This document shows positions 59,440 to 64,000 of a stretch of DNA of 64,000 bases, one piece after another. The DNA comes from an uncultured Chthonomonadaceae bacterium (lineage in GTDB: Bacteria > Armatimonadota > Chthonomonadetes > Chthonomonadales > Chthonomonadaceae), in assembly GCA_963835065.1 (NCBI GenBank), contig CAWIEK010000033.1, positions 1-64,000 of the forward strand. The letters run 5' to 3'. The position numbers and the translations under genes were made by a program. Each line of letters begins with the position of its first letter. The stretch's first letter is position 1. Below the pieces are notes generated by a model. The model was not told the DNA's origin and ran no database searches. It was given only the letters and a program-made list of their open reading frames with translations.

Positions 59440-60903
59440 ATGATGAAACTGATTGCACACGATACCATTGCTGCTGTTGCCACGCCGCCGGGGGAGGGCG
59501 GGATTGCCGTTATTCGCGTTTCCGGGCAGGACGCGCTTGCGGTTGCTGGTCGCGTCTTTCGTTCCCGGAATGCCGGGGATGTTGCGCTATGGGCGGGGTA
59601 TACCGTCCGCTATGGGCAGTTTGTGGAAGCCGAAAATGGCAATGTTGTTGACGATGGCCTGCTCACCGTTTTTCGCGCCCCGCACTCGTATACGGGCGAA
59701 GATACGGTAGAATTGTCCTGTCATGGCGGGCGCGTGACCACTGCGCGCATACTGCAATTAACGTTGCAGGCGGGCGCGCGACTGGCAGAACCGGGCGAGT
59801 TCACGCAGCGCGCGTTTGTAAACGGGCGCATGGATCTGGCGCAGGCGGAAGCGGTTGCCGATGTGATACGGGCGCGCACAGATGCCGCGCAGCGCGTGGC
59901 CCGGCAGCAGCTTGACGGCGCGTTATCACAGGCCGTTATCCAACTCAAAGACGAACTGATCGGCATTGTGGCCGCCATTGAAGTGACCATTGATTACAGC
60001 GACGAGGTTGGCGAACTGGACCACGCCACGATTTTGCCGCGTATCGAAGCGGTTCAGCGCGGCCTTGCGCAGTTGCTGCAAACGGCGGAACGCGGGCGTA
60101 TTTTGCGGGAAGGTTTGCGCGCGGCCATTGTGGGACGGCCCAACGTCGGCAAATCGTCCCTGCTGAACGCGCTGCTGCGGCAGGAACGCGCCATTGTCAC
60201 GCCCATAGCCGGCACAACCCGCGATCTGGTGGAAGAATCCGCCAACATCGGCGGCGTTCCCGTCGTGTTTGTGGATACGGCGGGTATTCGCGCTACGGAC
60301 GATGTTGTGGAGCGTATCGGCGTGGAACGGGCGCGCAGAGCCATTGCCGAAGCGGACACCATTTTATTCGTTGTAGACGCGACAGCCGAGTTTACCAAAC
60401 GAAGATGGAGAAATTGCCGATTTCATCCGGCGCGAAACCAACACGCCCGTTCTTGTCGTCGTGAACAAGTGTGATCTTGCGAACGGGCAGGAGTGGATTC
60501 GCAACAGCGTTTCCACTAAATTCGATTTGTTGGATGCAGAGCGCTTCCGCCCTGTGTATGTTTCGGCGCAGACAGGGGAAGGGTTGGACACCTTGGAAGC
60601 GACTCTAATTCAGCCCGCGTCCACCAACACGGTTTCCAATCCTGAATACACTATTGACGACGTTACCTATCAGGATACCAACAACGGCGTTGTCGTCGCC
60701 AATGCGCGGCACAAGCAGGCGCTTGTCTGCCGCGTTCGCCAGTTTGCAGGAAGCGGAAGCCACGACGCGCGCCGGGTCTGCCCGGTGACTTCATCGCCAT
60801 AGATGTACGCGGCGCGTTGGACGCGCTCGGCCAAATCACCGGCGAAACCGTTACGGAAGATATTATCCACCGCATCTTCCGTGATTTCTGTGTCGGTAAA
60901 TAG
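59440..60903 (+). CDS. mnmE: tRNA modification GTPase (2-3 frameshifts in the 3' part)
   Basis: [41 protein letters not shown]-terminal FCVGK-stop. Confidence 0.95.
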
Positions 60904-60919
60904 AAAAGGAAATCATACT

Positions 60920-63773
60920 TTGGAACATATAGACGCGCAGGAAACGAAAACGGGACTGACGAGCGGGGTGGTACGTGAAACGCTTGCAAATGGCCTGACG
61001 GTGCTGGTCAAAGAAAATCGTGCGGCTCCGGTTGCCGCCGTACTGGTGTCGGTGAAGGCCGGGTATTTTCAGGAACCGGATCGCGTCAACGGAATTGCGC
61101 ATGTTATAGAACACATGTTGTTCAAGGGTACGCCCCGCCGCCCTGAAGACGAACAGATCGCCCGCGAAGTGCGCGAACTCGGCGGCTACATCAACGCGGG
61201 CACGTATTATGAAGAAACCACCTACTACCTGACCGTTCCCTCGCAGCATGTTGTTGCGGCTATGGACATTCTTGCCGACGCCTGCCAGAACTCCCTTTTT
61301 GACGGCGAGGAACTGGCAAAAGAAATTGAAGTGATTGTTCAGGAAAGCCTGCAAAAGCGGGACAATCCCAACGCCATGCTGCTGGAATCGCTGTACGCGC
61401 TGGCCTATGACGCGCACCGTATACGGCGCTGGCGCATCGGCCACCCGGAAACCCTGCGCGAATTTCGCCGCGACGATTTGAAGCAGTTTGTGGCCGACAA
61501 CTACACGCCCGACAACATGGTTTTAACGGTTGTCGGGGATGTGGATACGGAAGCGGTATTGAGCGCGGCGCGTAGTTTGTGGGGCGATGTCGGCGCAAAG
61601 CGACAAGCCGCGCGAACTGTCTCCCGTCGAAGCCCCGCATCCCGGCCTGCGTTATCAGCGCTTGACTGGCGACACCAAACAACGCCTGCTGATGTTTACC
61701 CTGCCCGCGCCCGATACGCTGCACCCGGACGCCGCCCCGCTGATGGTATTGAGTTCCCTGCTCAGTGATGGCCGCTCAGCCCGCCTGTACCGCCGCCTGA
61801 AAGAAGAACTTAACATCGTCAACAGCGCGTGGGCGTCGTATGAGAGTTTCGAGCAGATGGGCATCTTCACGCTCGGCGCGGAAGTGGTCGAGGACGATCC
61901 GCTGCCCGCCGAACGGGGATTGTGGGAGGAAGTCCGGCGCGTTCAGCAGGAGCCGATTGATCCCGCCGATCTGGAACGCATCAAAACCCGCATCCAAACC
62001 CGCCGCCTGTTCGCGCAGGAAGAAGTGATGGGCATGGCGCGTAATCTCTCGCACTATGAGCAGTTAGGCGATTATCAACTGGCCGATGTACTGGTAGAGC
62101 GTTTACGCGCGGTCACGCCGGAAGACATTCAGCGCGTCGCCCGCACATATCTGCAAGTAGAAAATGCCGCCCTGCTGGAATACCTGCCCGCCGACAGCAA
62201 TCCTCCGGCTCCCCTTGCAACGCCACAGCTAACCAACATCCTCGTAGGGGCGCAATTTATTGCGCCCGATGCCGCTTCTGCGCCCGATGCCGCTTCTGCG
62301 CCCGATGCCGCTTCTGCGCCAGAGAGTGTAATGCGTAAAGAGGGCGCAATAAATTGCGCCCCTACGGATGCTGAGCGGGTGGAAGAAGGCGGCACACGCG
62401 CTCAGGCCGAACCGATCAACCCGGCGAATGTGCCAACCGTTTTTGTTCGTTCCGAAAATTCGGAAACACAGGAGATTATGCTGCCGGGCGGCGGGAAACT
62501 GCTGCTGAAAGAGCGGCGCGACCTGCCGATTATCGCGCTCAACGCCCTCTTTCGCGGCGGCAAAAAACGCGAACACCGCGCCATCGCCGGCCTGACCAAC
62601 CTGATGTTGAAATCTTCCCTGAAAGGCACACGGGGAACCAACGCCCTGCCGCCCCTGTCCGCCGAGGCGATCGCCAACCGCGTGGAAAGTCTGGGAACCG
62701 GCATCGGGCTGTCTGCCGGCATGGAATACTTCGGGTGGGGCATCAAGAGCAGCCGGGACGTGTTCCGCGAAGCGTTCGACGTGTTTGCCGCCGTCGCCAC
62801 CGCCCCCGCCTTTGCGCCCGATGAAATGGAAAAGGAAAAACAATCCATTTATGCCGAAATCCGCCGCCAGCAGGATCACAACTATTCGCTCGCCAACGAC
62901 CTGCTTGCCGCCGCCCGTTTCGGCGACGACCATCCCTACGGCCTGCCCGCCAGCGGCCTCGCCGAAGCCGTAGAATCGTTCACCGCCGACGATTTACACA
63001 ACTGGTACAACGCGCAAGTCCTCCCCGAAAATCTCATCATCGCCTGTGTAGGCGACATCAGTGCGCAGCAAGCCGTTGATTTGTTCGGCAGGATTTTAGA
63101 GAAGACAGAAGACAGAAGACAGAAGACAGAAGCAGAGGATGCGCTATCAACTATCAACTATCAACTATCAACTGCTCCTTCATCCTTCCCCAATACCCAA
63201 GACCCAACACCCAACACCCGCATCCTTCATCGTCAAAAGCAGCAAACGGCGGCCATGATGGGCTTTGGGGGCGCGGATATGTTCAGCCCGGATCGGTTTG
63301 CGCTGGATGTGCTGAATGAAATCACGTCGGGCATGGGCGGGCGCTTATTCCGGGCGGTGCGGGGCGAAAACTCGCTGGCATATCAGGTGACAAGCGCCCA
63401 TCGGTCACGGGTGGATGTGGGCACGTTTATCACGTACACGTCTACCGCGCCCGAAAACGAGCAACGCGCCCAGGACCTGATTTTGAACGCCCTGCGCGAA
63501 TTGCAGCGCGAACCGGTCACGGACGAAGAATTGAAGATGGCGAAAGCGTCCATCGTCGGCGAACACGTCATCAACATGCAGACATTCGCGGCGCAGGCGG
63601 GCGAACTGGCGGTTATCGGCGTGTACGGCCTGCCCCTCGATGAGTCGGAACGCTACCTGCGCGAAGTTCAAAACGTCACAGCGGAACAAATACGCGAGGT
63701 CGCCGTTCGCTATCTGGACACGGAGCGTTACTGGCTCGGCGTGGTACGCGGCGGCACAACAAAGGAGTCTTGA
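60920..63773 (+). CDS. M16 (pitrilysin family) zinc peptidase, two-module (frameshift near 61595)
   Basis: LANGL, HVIEHMLFKGT, NAGT; inactive second module; GGRLF..VR. Confidence 0.9.
62243..62366. repeat. REPIN-like element translated in frame, with an internal 18-nt repeat x3
   Basis: 25-bp perfect inverted arms; encodes VGAQFIAPDAASAPDAASAPDAASAPESVMRKEGAINCAPT. Confidence 0.9.
63100..63219. repeat. composite microrepeat in frame: (AGAAGAC)x4, (CTATCAA)x4, TCATCCT, CCCAACA-type x4
   Basis: Encodes EKTEDRRQKTE...LSTINYQLST.PSSFPNTQDPTPNT. Confidence 0.9.
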
Positions 63774-63828
63774 TTAAAGCAGGAAACATCAGCAGAAAGG
63801 CGAAATAGAAGAAGCAGGAAGTGGCACA

Positions 63829-64000
63829 ATGGAAGCAACAAAAATGAGCATTGAAGAAGTGGCGCGGCGCGGCGAAGCGTTGTACGCGCAGAGTCTTCGC
63901 GCAAAGGTCGAAACGGAGGAGAACATCGGCAAGGTGTTGGTGATTGACGTAGAAACAGGCGAGTACGCCATTGACGATACCGGGATTGAGGGGTCACGAC
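63829..64000 (+). CDS. small hypothetical protein, partial (runs off the window)
   Basis: MEATKMSIEEVARRGEALY...IGKVLVIDVETGEY open to the window end. Confidence 0.6.
   Translation, partial: MEATKMSIEEVARRGEALYAQSLRAKVETEENIGKVLVIDVETGEYAIDDTGIEGSR

Noticed and set aside
59440..60903. mnmE (and cdsA) as true pseudogenes or programmed frameshifts
   Set aside because: All motifs are intact, no slippery-site pattern is shared, and indels are scattered window-wide, so sequencing error is more parsimonious.

Overview
GC-rich bacterial chromosome segment, probably Armatimonadota (inference from two prepilin/DUF1559/H-X9-DG genes and the general protein style). About 50 protein genes: core and metabolic genes (cdsA, pepA, purH with an upstream ZMP/ZTP riboswitch, zwf, mnmE, M16 peptidase), an ion/stress cluster (DUF4118 kinase + NarL-type regulator, KimA-like permease, mgtA, two tandem USPs, truncated phosphoketolase) and an Rrf2-controlled sulfonate-type ABC operon. 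More than a dozen genes carry 1-nt frameshifts, most likely uncorrected long-read errors. Three things stand out. (1) A three-gene RiPP-like locus: a TIGR04222 membrane protein with a 7-Cys poly-Gly tail, a DUF692/MNIO iron enzyme and a DUF2063-like partner. (2) A pervasive set of 7-9-nt tandem microrepeat arrays. Where both types occur, a G-rich arm precedes a C-rich arm. They often start at stop codons, are translated in frame inside at least six proteins, form two homologous MITE-like cassettes, and bound a four-helix-bundle (Avd-like) gene as a 32-bp perfect inverted repeat. (3) Both DUF1559 pilin-like genes sit in nutrient-acquisition regulatory contexts: one shares an Rrf2 operator with the sulfonate ABC operon, the other follows a DUF2946-like leader divergent from nikR. 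No rRNA, tRNA, CRISPR array or transposase was recognised. All family assignments come from motif recognition by eye, not database searches.
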